Virus record (IMG/VR): IMGVR_UViG_3300024232_000005
Span: 1 to 43,767 of that record
DNA from: a virus
Lineage: Duplodnaviria; Caudoviricetes
Direction: 5' to 3' (one strand)
Length of the DNA stretch: 43,767 bases
Below the pieces are notes generated by a model that saw only the letters and a list, made by a program, of their open reading frames with translations, was not told where the DNA came from and did not search any database. This document shows positions 37,119-43,767 of this stretch, piece by piece; position 1 is the stretch's first letter, and each line of letters begins with the position of its first letter. The position numbers were made by a program, and so were the translations under genes.

Positions 37119-37435
37119 TGTGGCATTGGAAACGCAAGACGCAGTTAGATCGAATCGAAGGAAAGGTAAACAAAATGGATCTTGACATTACGAAACTTCA
37201 GGCATTCGCCGACGCGAACAAAGCGAAGGTGGAGGCCCTACTGGCATCGCAGGCGAAAGCGGTAGCGCTTCTGCAGGCGCTCTCGGCTGCAGCCGGGCAG
37301 GGTGGCTCTGTCACCCAGGCGCAGATTGACGCGGTAGCTGCCGAGCTGAGCGCGACCTCCGATGAGGCGAGCGCCGGTGAAGCTGCGCTGGATGCTGAAG
37401 TGGCGAAGGATACGCCGCCCGCGCCTGCGGGATAA
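37118..37435 (+). CDS. Ala-rich coiled-coil protein
   Basis: TAATG coupling; QLDRIEGKVNKM heptads. Confidence 0.65.
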   Translation: MWHWKRKTQLDRIEGKVNKMDLDITKLQAFADANKAKVEALLASQAKAVALLQALSAAAGQGGSVTQAQIDAVAAELSATSDEASAGEAALDAEVAKDTPPAPAG

Positions 37436-37535
37436 CGACTTCCGAGAGCCGCTGAGACTATCGGCTTTCAAGAACCCCAGGGCGTCGGGGCGGGACGGCA
37501 CCATATGCAACGTACTTGTGAGATTGATCCTGGTT

Positions 37536-37575
37536 CCGCGCCGTATCCTCGGGGGAGGGCGGCGCGGTTTGCTTT
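37536..37575 (+). terminator. Putative intrinsic terminator
   Basis: CCGCGCCG...CGGCGCGG stem followed by TTTGCTTT. Confidence 0.45.
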
Positions 37576-37875
37576 ATGATGAACAGACGCGGATTCTTCG
37601 GATTGCTTGGCGGGGCTGTCGCGGCGCTGACGCTGGACCCCGAAAAGGCGCTATGGGTTCCGGGGAAGAAGCTGATTTCGATTCCCCTTCATGGCGGAGG
37701 CAGACTACAGCAGTTCTACGTCACTGGAATCGAATATTCTTTGGGTGACTATGCTGACATTTACCTGCGGCCAGGGGATGACGGAAACATACTATCTATA
37801 AGATCAGGTTGGGCAACAGAGATCCTGAAGCCAGGTGATAGGTTCACGATCGCCGGAATGTATCAAAAAAACTGA
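37576..37875 (+). CDS. Twin-arginine-leader protein with coat insertion-domain-like segment
   Basis: NRRGFF leader; LQQFYVT and GW...LKPGDRFTIAGMY similar to coat. Confidence 0.65.
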   Translation: MMNRRGFFGLLGGAVAALTLDPEKALWVPGKKLISIPLHGGGRLQQFYVTGIEYSLGDYADIYLRPGDDGNILSIRSGWATEILKPGDRFTIAGMYQKN

Positions 37876-37902
37876 GCATCCATTTGTGCTAGACTCTCGG
37901 CA

Positions 37903-38400
37903 ATGAAGCAGATCGAACTAACGAAGGGCTACTGCGCCCTGGTTGACGATGATGATTTTGATTTGCTCAGTCAGCATAATTGGTGCGCGGCCGTATATCG
38001 TTACAAGGATCGCTGCATTGTAAACGCTCAGGCCGACATCAAGAGAAACGGCAAGAAATTCAGTGTCCAGATGCATCGTTTCTTGATGGGCATACCAGAC
38101 TGCAAGACTGATCACAGGGACGGTAACGGACTAAACAATCAGCGAGAAAACCTGCGCCTTGCTACACATCAGCAGAACATCCACAATAGACGCAAACACC
38201 AGACCTCGACATCGGTATCCATGTTCAAAGGGGTCACGAGGAAAACTCCCGGATCTAGGTGGAAAGCCAGAATTATGCATAACGGGGTTTCTCATGACAT
38301 CGGGTTGTTCACTGAAGAATCTGATGCTGCTCTTGCATACAATCTCAAGGCCGAAGAGCTGTTCGGTGAATTCGCCTGCTTCAATCGAGCTGCTGCATGA
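37903..38400 (+). CDS. HNH-AP2 homing endonuclease
   Basis: IELTKGYCALVDDDD, DHRDGNGLNNQRENLR, FKGV...WKARI...AALAYN..AEELFGEFA. Confidence 0.9.
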   Translation: MKQIELTKGYCALVDDDDFDLLSQHNWCAAVYRYKDRCIVNAQADIKRNGKKFSVQMHRFLMGIPDCKTDHRDGNGLNNQRENLRLATHQQNIHNRRKHQTSTSVSMFKGVTRKTPGSRWKARIMHNGVSHDIGLFTEESDAALAYNLKAEELFGEFACFNRAAA

Positions 38401-38660
38401 AGGGATTCATCAGCGATCCCGTGTTGATCATTCTGCTGTTGGCAACTTTCACTTTCGTCGGACTAACTATTTTCATTTCGTTGCACAACCCTAACGATGG
38501 GCAGACGTTCCAGCTTCTGGGGAATCTTTCTACCGGGTTCGCTGGAGCTGTCCTGGGGCGTGTTAAACCACAGGCGGCTCACGAAACAGCGCCAGGCACA
38601 ACTGGAATCACCAAAACTGAAACATCGACTGTTCAAGTTACCCCGCCCGTCGACAAGTGA
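38397..38660 (+). CDS. Two-TM holin-like protein
   Basis: Two hydrophobic segments, polar tail. Confidence 0.55.
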   Translation: MKGFISDPVLIILLLATFTFVGLTIFISLHNPNDGQTFQLLGNLSTGFAGAVLGRVKPQAAHETAPGTTGITKTETSTVQVTPPVDK

Positions 38661-38896
38661 CCGATGCTGTCAAAGCTGCGCTGATTGCAGGCGCTGCCTC
38701 CGTCCTAACCTGCTTCCTGACGTGGTGGCTAACCCGTATTTCCAACCGCAAACAGGCCGTCAAGCTGATTCGCTCGGGGATGAACGGGGAACTCGATAAG
38801 CTGCTCGCTATCGCTCGGGAGGGCGGCCGGCAGGACGGATTCCGGGAAGGCGTGGCGCACACTTTGAAGCGCCTGGGATTGCCACCAACGGTATAA
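38657..38896 (+). CDS. Single-TM holin-like protein
   Basis: N-terminal TM followed by MNGELDKL; GTGA coupling. Confidence 0.55.
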   Translation: MTDAVKAALIAGAASVLTCFLTWWLTRISNRKQAVKLIRSGMNGELDKLLAIAREGGRQDGFREGVAHTLKRLGLPPTV

Positions 38897-38943
38897 TCAC
38901 AAATGTCTCGCCTTTCCGTCTAAATTCGTGATAAACTTTGCCC

Positions 38944-39072
38944 ATGCCAGACGAAAAAGAGAAACACCCACACCCCGACCCGCATCCTCCTGTTAGCTAT
39001 GATGAGACTGATCCACCCCCACCGCCTCCTCCAACTCAAGGCGGAGGACCGGGCGGCGATGGCAAAGGCTGA
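38944..39072 (+). CDS. 42-aa Pro/Gly-rich peptide (not in ORF track)
   Basis: MPDEKEKHPHPDPHPPVSYDETDPPPPPPPTQGGGPGGDGKG; TG-A-TAAACT 6 nt upstream of ATG. Confidence 0.55.
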   Translation: MPDEKEKHPHPDPHPPVSYDETDPPPPPPPTQGGGPGGDGKG

Positions 39073-39082
39073 ACAGTCGGCG

Positions 39083-39352
39083 ATGCAGACGCCCGATCAT
39101 CAGGATTGTCAGAACACGTCGCAGGTAGTCGCCGGCTTGTCGGCTATCTCTGGAGGGCTTGTTACAGCTTTCCTGACCTGGTTGAGGATGAAGTTTAGGC
39201 CGCCGGCCGATCCGCGGATACAGCGCATGGAGCGGGAGCTAGAGCAGTTGCGTACGGAGCGCAGCGAGGCTCATATTTTGGAAAACTTCAAGCGCTGGTT
39301 TCGTGATGAGGGACTGAAGGAGCTGCGTGCTGAGTTCGGGAGACGGCGGTAA
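39083..39352 (+). CDS. Single-TM coiled-coil protein
   Basis: VVAGLSAISGGLVTAFLTWL then charged helix. Confidence 0.55.
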   Translation: MQTPDHQDCQNTSQVVAGLSAISGGLVTAFLTWLRMKFRPPADPRIQRMERELEQLRTERSEAHILENFKRWFRDEGLKELRAEFGRRR

Positions 39353-39767
39353 ACTCCACCTGCGTAGAGGCCATGTAGTTGTAGATCATCTGGGCTTCTC
39401 GATTTCTGCGCACTAGCAGCACTTTGGCGTCTTCAAGTTCTTGAGCTTGCGAAACCGATAAAGTTGCACCAGGCAGACGCCTATTGTAGTGCGGATCATT
39501 TGAGATCGCAGCAGCTATAAGTTCGGGCAGTCTATTGATTGTTAGAGTTGGACGATGCCTAATCAGCCTCTCTGCCTTAACCTGTCCGTCCCATTGATCT
39601 TCCCCTTCATAAAATCTCAAGGCTTCTGCGCGTTCCTTATCCGAGATCGGGTTGCGATCACTGTCGATGATCGATCTAACGGTTACGAAAGATCCAACCT
39701 GATCACCCATCCATTGAATCGGCTGTTCTAGCGATGGTATTTGTATTTGCTCCTGTGGTATTTCCAT
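39288..39767 (-). CDS. Miniature, internally deleted portal-like protein
   Basis: LRFYEGEDQWD..VK..R...RPTLTINRL and LVRRNREAQMIYNYMAS match two separate portal segments; AAGGAG RBS. Confidence 0.75.
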   Translation of the reverse strand: MEIPQEQIQIPSLEQPIQWMGDQVGSFVTVRSIIDSDRNPISDKERAEALRFYEGEDQWDGQVKAERLIRHRPTLTINRLPELIAAAISNDPHYNRRLPGATLSVSQAQELEDAKVLLVRRNREAQMIYNYMASTQVEFTAVSRTQHAAPSVPHHETSA

Positions 39768-40353
39768 GTTCTCTCCTTGTCCTTTTTGTTGCGAAGATCA
39801 TAGCCGCTAGCGCCACGATCTGCAGCGATTCCGTTACCAGCGTATTCGTCCACCACTCCGCGCCCGCTTCCCGGCGGCTGCTGACAATCGCTGCCAGCAG
39901 GTAGCCAGCCAAGCATCCGTGAATCCAGACGGCCCCATGTTCGTATCCTTCCCACCAAGTCAGAATCACCATCAATATAGAAACGAATAGCGCCACAAAG
40001 CCCCAGAGCTGCACGAACGCCCGGTAAGGCTCACCGGCGGCGCCGAACACCAGCGAGATGCCGGCAACCAGGCAGCCGATAGCCAGCGAGTAAACTGGTA
40101 CGCTCCCCTGGTAGTTGGTGGAGCGGAAGGTTCGGGCCATGGTTTCTACGACCGCCAGGAGCATCAGCAAGGCCGCGACTTCGGTTGCAATTGATGTGGT
40201 ACGCCACATAGAAGCCTCATAGAAGATGCAGCGAGCGGCTGTTGATGCGATCAGCAGGGAGAGCGTAGGGCGCACGCGGCCGAGGCTGAAGAGCAGCCAC
40301 AGGCAGAGAATCAGCATCACGGCGGGGAGGATGCGGAGCGTCAGGAGCGGCAT
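39703..40353 (-). CDS. Polytopic membrane protein (about 7 TM)
   Basis: About seven hydrophobic segments; GGAG RBS. Confidence 0.7.
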   Translation of the reverse strand: MPLLTLRILPAVMLILCLWLLFSLGRVRPTLSLLIASTAARCIFYEASMWRTTSIATEVAALLMLLAVVETMARTFRSTNYQGSVPVYSLAIGCLVAGISLVFGAAGEPYRAFVQLWGFVALFVSILMVILTWWEGYEHGAVWIHGCLAGYLLAAIVSSRREAGAEWWTNTLVTESLQIVALAAMIFATKRTRREHGNTTGANTNTIARTADSMDG

Positions 40354-41213
40354 CGATTTTTTCTCCACTGGAGATCGCGCTCCTCTTCTTTCTCTGCTTC
40401 GAGCTTCGTGGCTGGATTCCCACCACAGCACATCGGAATACCGCAATTTCGATTGGAGAGGGTGTAAGTAAATCCCGACAAGTTGCAGCGGTACTCGCGC
40501 TCCTGATCGCTTTCCTCTTCGGGGCCGCTGGTGTAAGGCGCGGCCAAGTGTTCATAGCCCGAGCCGTACCCAGGAGGAGATGGATTCTGTCTATACGTAA
40601 CCGAGCCGTTTTCGTTGTGAATAGCAAAGCTGTCGGCCCATGCTGATTGCTCAACGTTGAACTTGCGAGCCAATTCCCACGGTGCAGGCATTGCCTGCAT
40701 GGCTCTTGCAAGCCCCGTGGGGTAGCTGCAATTGGGTTTGTGCCGCCCATTGGTCGGCTCTCCGCATTCTGCGCAACGCGCTTGCTGCATCAGGTTGGCC
40801 TGCCGCTCGATTGCGTCTGGGTCATTCTGCATAGCCTTCCATTGGCGTGCAAAATCAGCATTTGGGATATCGTTCACTCGGCTATACATTCGCGTGAAAT
40901 CACCGATTGCAAGGCGTTCGTCCGGGAACAGGTTCCCTATGGTATAGCGCACCCATCCATCACGGACTTCTAAAATTCGTGCATATGTGGGAGGTAGCTT
41001 ATCAGGAAAGGGGTCGCCTTCGCGTTTCTCCGCAAAAAAATACCATGATTCTCCAACTACAGGAACAGGCCACAGATCCACATGGATGGTATCCACTGGT
41101 ACTCCGTCGATATAGGGTTGTGAATCAACTTCGCCGCGACCAAACAACCAATCGATTAGCCATAGCAGGCCAGCGAAGCCGAAGATGATGATGCCGAACC
41201 AGAGTAGTGTCAT
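40341..41213 (-). CDS. Membrane-anchored hypothetical protein
   Basis: N-terminal TM; CAECG...HKPNC; GGAG RBS. Confidence 0.65.
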   Translation of the reverse strand: MTLLWFGIIIFGFAGLLWLIDWLFGRGEVDSQPYIDGVPVDTIHVDLWPVPVVGESWYFFAEKREGDPFPDKLPPTYARILEVRDGWVRYTIGNLFPDERLAIGDFTRMYSRVNDIPNADFARQWKAMQNDPDAIERQANLMQQARCAECGEPTNGRHKPNCSYPTGLARAMQAMPAPWELARKFNVEQSAWADSFAIHNENGSVTYRQNPSPPGYGSGYEHLAAPYTSGPEEESDQEREYRCNLSGFTYTLSNRNCGIPMCCGGNPATKLEAEKEEERDLQWRKNRCRS

Positions 41214-41476
41214 GGTTTCTCCATTTCGATTCCGATGTTCAAGCCGATACAAAAGGCCATATGCAGGATACTGCAAACCTTAGTCATAACAGCTATAGGA
41301 TCTGATCCTGAAGCATATTCTTTGGCGACCTCGACCATCAGGATTGTGGCGTGGTCTTTGATCATCTCGTAAAACTCAGGGTTTTTCATATGCTCGGCGC
41401 GGCAAGACAAAAGATTAGCGATGAGCATGTCATCATCGATCAGAACAGATTGAATTGCTTCATCGAAGGTTTTCAT
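41210..41476 (-). CDS. Hypothetical protein
   Basis: ATGA coupling at both ends. Confidence 0.65.
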   Translation of the reverse strand: MKTFDEAIQSVLIDDDMLIANLLSCRAEHMKNPEFYEMIKDHATILMVEVAKEYASGSDPIAVMTKVCSILHMAFCIGLNIGIEMEKP

Positions 41477-41622
41477 GCTGCCGCCTTGGGGCGCTTCACA
41501 GCCTCCTGTAATGCCTCCACGACGTACTGTTGAAGCGTTTGCCCGCGCTCCGCAGCCCGCACAGAAACGCGGATGTGCAGTTTCGGGTCACACTTAATAT
41601 TCAAACGAACGGGTTTCTCCAT
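41473..41622 (-). CDS. Ribbon-helix-helix (Arc/HicB-like) regulator
   Basis: VRLNIKCDPKLHIRVSVRAAERGQTLQQYVVEAL. Confidence 0.8.
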   Translation of the reverse strand: MEKPVRLNIKCDPKLHIRVSVRAAERGQTLQQYVVEALQEAVKRPKAAA

Positions 41623-41628
41623 GCACTG

Positions 41629-41708
41629 ATGATGCCACAGGTGACGCCGATGCGTCAACATAATTCTTCAAAATAGTGCTTGACGCAAATAACGCAATCG
41701 GCTATGAT
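41629..41708. promoter_or_regulatory. Divergent early promoters with TGACGC operator boxes
   Basis: Plus TTGACG(41680)-N17-TATGAT; minus TTGACG(41658)-N18-CATCAT; TGACGC/GCGTCA at 41642, 41652, 41681. Confidence 0.7.
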
Positions 41709-41714
41709 GAATTC

Positions 41715-42053
41715 ATGAGCAGCCAACTGATGGAATCGCTTTACACGCACTCGAAACAGCTTTGCCCAAACTGCAACAAGCCTTGCACGTTTACTGAGCA
41801 CAGCTCAACCAGCATCGAGACTCACGGATTGGATTGCGGGCCTTACGAATCCTTCCATGAAGAATGGCTGACGTGCAACGGTTGCGGCGTCAACACGGAT
41901 GCCGATGAGCTTGAGATGCATCAGGTGGAGGATGCTTGCGAGCGCTGCCTGAAGAATGAAGGAACGCATACAGTCGGCGATCGGCGGTTATGCGTTGACT
42001 GTGCGGACGATGCCGACATGCCGGAAGATATGAGCGAAGGATGGGAGGATTAG
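41715..42053 (+). CDS. Cys-rich Zn-binding hypothetical protein
   Basis: Four CxxC pairs; leaderless start. Confidence 0.7.
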   Translation: MSSQLMESLYTHSKQLCPNCNKPCTFTEHSSTSIETHGLDCGPYESFHEEWLTCNGCGVNTDADELEMHQVEDACERCLKNEGTHTVGDRRLCVDCADDADMPEDMSEGWED

Positions 42054-42055
42054 CG

Positions 42056-42334
42056 ATGCCATTGTATCCGTGGCCCGGTAGTGATCTGTCTAAAGTTGCT
42101 GGGCAAGAGAAGGGTTCTATGCTCAATTGGCTCAGTGAGCGATTGCGCACAGCGCAGGAAGACCTTGCGAGATTGCGCATATCTGATCCTAACGAGTTTC
42201 TTCCGGGATCGGAGGCGGTGGTGGCCGACATGCTGGCTTTGAAATCCGAACTTGAGGCGCTGGGATTCGTTTACACGATTCCCGATCATCTGAAAGACAG
42301 GTACGACAGTAACTTTGCGCCGATGGTGAGGTAA
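42056..42334 (+). CDS. Hypothetical protein
   Basis: GGAGG RBS. Confidence 0.6.
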   Translation: MPLYPWPGSDLSKVAGQEKGSMLNWLSERLRTAQEDLARLRISDPNEFLPGSEAVVADMLALKSELEALGFVYTIPDHLKDRYDSNFAPMVR

Positions 42335-42337
42335 GTT

Positions 42338-42508
42338 ATGAATCAGATTTTAGCGCTGATTGCGGTCATTAATCTTTTGTGGATGATGCGGCTCGGGGTT
42401 CAGGTATCGTTTTACAGGTCCTACTTCTTCCAAAAACAGATCAATCTCGGCAAGGACCCGGATGATGTTTTGAAGAAAGAATTCCCGTGGGTATGGAGGC
42501 TGATGTAA
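42338..42508 (+). CDS. 56-aa membrane protein (not in ORF track)
   Basis: MNQILALIAVINLLWMMRLGVQVSFY...; GAGGT RBS. Confidence 0.55.
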   Translation: MNQILALIAVINLLWMMRLGVQVSFYRSYFFQKQINLGKDPDDVLKKEFPWVWRLM

Positions 42509-42509
42509 G

Positions 42510-42659
42510 ATGTTGACCGTTGAACCTAGGGGCACGTTTCTAATGCTGGACGCTTCGCACATGGAAGCGCTGCGCATCGATCCGAAGGAGATCATAGCGG
42601 GATTTTTCGATCACGCTGAGCGCGTGCAAATCGGCACAGTAAGGATTGTGGAGCAATGA
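42510..42659 (+). CDS. 49-aa hypothetical protein (not in ORF track)
   Basis: GGAGG RBS; ATGA coupling to next gene. Confidence 0.5.
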   Translation: MLTVEPRGTFLMLDASHMEALRIDPKEIIAGFFDHAERVQIGTVRIVEQ

Positions 42660-43126
42660 GGAGCGCGACCAGGAAACGAATCGGCGAGCGCTGTCCCACC
42701 TGTGGACGAAAGTATCTGCGAGCGATTCCAGCAAAGCGAGCGAAAGCGCGGCGCGGTCCGATGCGTGACCCGAAGTATAGGCGATTCTTAGCGAGCTGCA
42801 CGTGCGTCATCGCAATGCTGCCGTGGCAGGAAGCGGACGGAGTTGGAGTATCACGCGAAGACTTCTGTAAGAACGCATACCCGATCAAAGGTAATCCCAA
42901 TGATGCGGCGCACACCCAGAACAACGGAATGGGCAGCAAAGGTCCAGACAGTTCCTGCGTGCCTCTGTGTCGCAAACACCATGACGAATACGACGCCGGG
43001 CGCGCGGCGTTCGAAAAGAAGTACGGTGTCGACATGAAGGCGCTGGCGGCTGAGCACTGGAAACGATACTGCGTTGAGATGGGTGTCGAAGCGGACTTTG
43101 ATCCCAAAGACGACTATCGCAAATGA
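42656..43126 (+). CDS. DUF968-like HNH-fold nuclease domain protein
   Basis: RDPKYRRFLASCTCVI...DAAH...GMGSKGPD..CVPLCRKHHDEYD. Confidence 0.75.
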   Translation: MRSATRKRIGERCPTCGRKYLRAIPAKRAKARRGPMRDPKYRRFLASCTCVIAMLPWQEADGVGVSREDFCKNAYPIKGNPNDAAHTQNNGMGSKGPDSSCVPLCRKHHDEYDAGRAAFEKKYGVDMKALAAEHWKRYCVEMGVEADFDPKDDYRK

Positions 43127-43160
43127 GCGGAACTGAAGCAGCAATTTGAAAAGGAATGCA

Positions 43161-43767
43161 ATGGAAACTGAAACGCCAACCGTTACCGGACTGAACATCC
43201 TGCGCAAGTTGCACGCCGTCATGAAGGATTGCGCCTACATCCAAAAGGACAAAGAGAACTCGTTTCACAAGTACAAATATGCGAGCGAAGCGGCCATCAA
43301 GGAAAAGCTCCACGAAGCGCTGGTTGCTCACGGCGTGCTGCCGCAGTTCAGTATCATTGGATTGACAGAGCGAACCGGCCTGGGCAAGGAAGGGAAAGAG
43401 GCCCTGACGACGGCGCACGTCCATTACCGATTCTTCGACGTGGAAAGCGGGGAATCGATCGAGGGAACCTTCTACGGGTGCGGCGTTGATCAGGCGGATA
43501 AGGGTGTTTACAAAGCCACCACTGGGGCAATCAAGTACATCCTTACGTCTCAATTCCTGATCGCGACCGGCGATGATCCCGAGAATGAGCAGGCAGCACC
43601 GGAGCCCAGATCGCGGCCGACGCGTGCGGCGGCTCCGCCGAAGCCAGCACAGACCGAAAAGTTCAAAATGGACTTCAAGATGTTGGGCTACTTCAGCACC
43701 GTCAAGGGTGAGATGAAGAAGCTGCTCGACGACGACGATAAGCGCTATTACGAGATCCTGGCGGCCA
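43161..43767 (+). CDS. erf: ERF-family ssDNA-annealing recombination protein (N-terminal part; missing from ORF track)
   Basis: IQKDKENSFHKYKYAS...DKGVYKATTGAIKYILTSQFLIATGDDPE; AAGGA RBS. Confidence 0.88.
   Translation, partial: METETPTVTGLNILRKLHAVMKDCAYIQKDKENSFHKYKYASEAAIKEKLHEALVAHGVLPQFSIIGLTERTGLGKEGKEALTTAHVHYRFFDVESGESIEGTFYGCGVDQADKGVYKATTGAIKYILTSQFLIATGDDPENEQAAPEPRSRPTRAAAPPKPAQTEKFKMDFKMLGYFSTVKGEMKKLLDDDDKRYYEILAA
43641..43767. repeat. Terminal direct repeat (copy 2)
   Basis: Identical to 1-127. Confidence 0.97.

Noticed and set aside
37448-37503. tRNA-like element ending GGCACCA
   Set aside because: Only 56 nt, acceptor pairing breaks after 4 bp and there is no TTC loop
41473-41622. 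HicAB toxin-antitoxin module
   Set aside because: Only an RHH domain is present and no HicA-like neighbour is visible

Overview
The window appears to be a complete, circularly permuted tailed-phage genome of about 43,640 bp. Bases 1-127 are identical to 43641-43767, and the ERF gene reads through that junction. The virion module is P22-like (podovirus): terminase, portal, scaffold, P22-type coat, gp4- and gp10-like neck proteins, tailspike, GNAT, ejection proteins and fibres. There is a lambdoid-type replication/recombination module (HTH initiator with iterons, loader-like protein, ERF, VRR-NUC), a GroES co-chaperonin, two HNH endonucleases and many small accessory genes. I recognise no integrase, CI/Cro repressor or endolysin. 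A diderm host is implied by Sec, Tat and lipoprotein signals; Acidobacteria is only a weak guess from signal-peptide style. The most unusual observations are: (1) four small stand-alone fragment paralogs of the phage's own core proteins (an internally deleted mini-portal, a coat N-terminal fragment, a circularly permuted coat insertion-domain fragment behind a twin-arginine leader, and a copy of the replication Zn domain), possibly a decoy or interference system; (2) five virion-module genes with Sec-type signal peptides, one a 1004-aa protein with a CxxCH haem-c motif; (3) a near-perfect chromosomal parS site inside an ejection-protein gene plus a structured initiator leader, suggesting a plasmid-like prophage; (4) tandem duplicated head-tail adaptors, structured intergenic RNAs and leaderless promoters. 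All family assignments come from motif recognition by eye; no searches were run.
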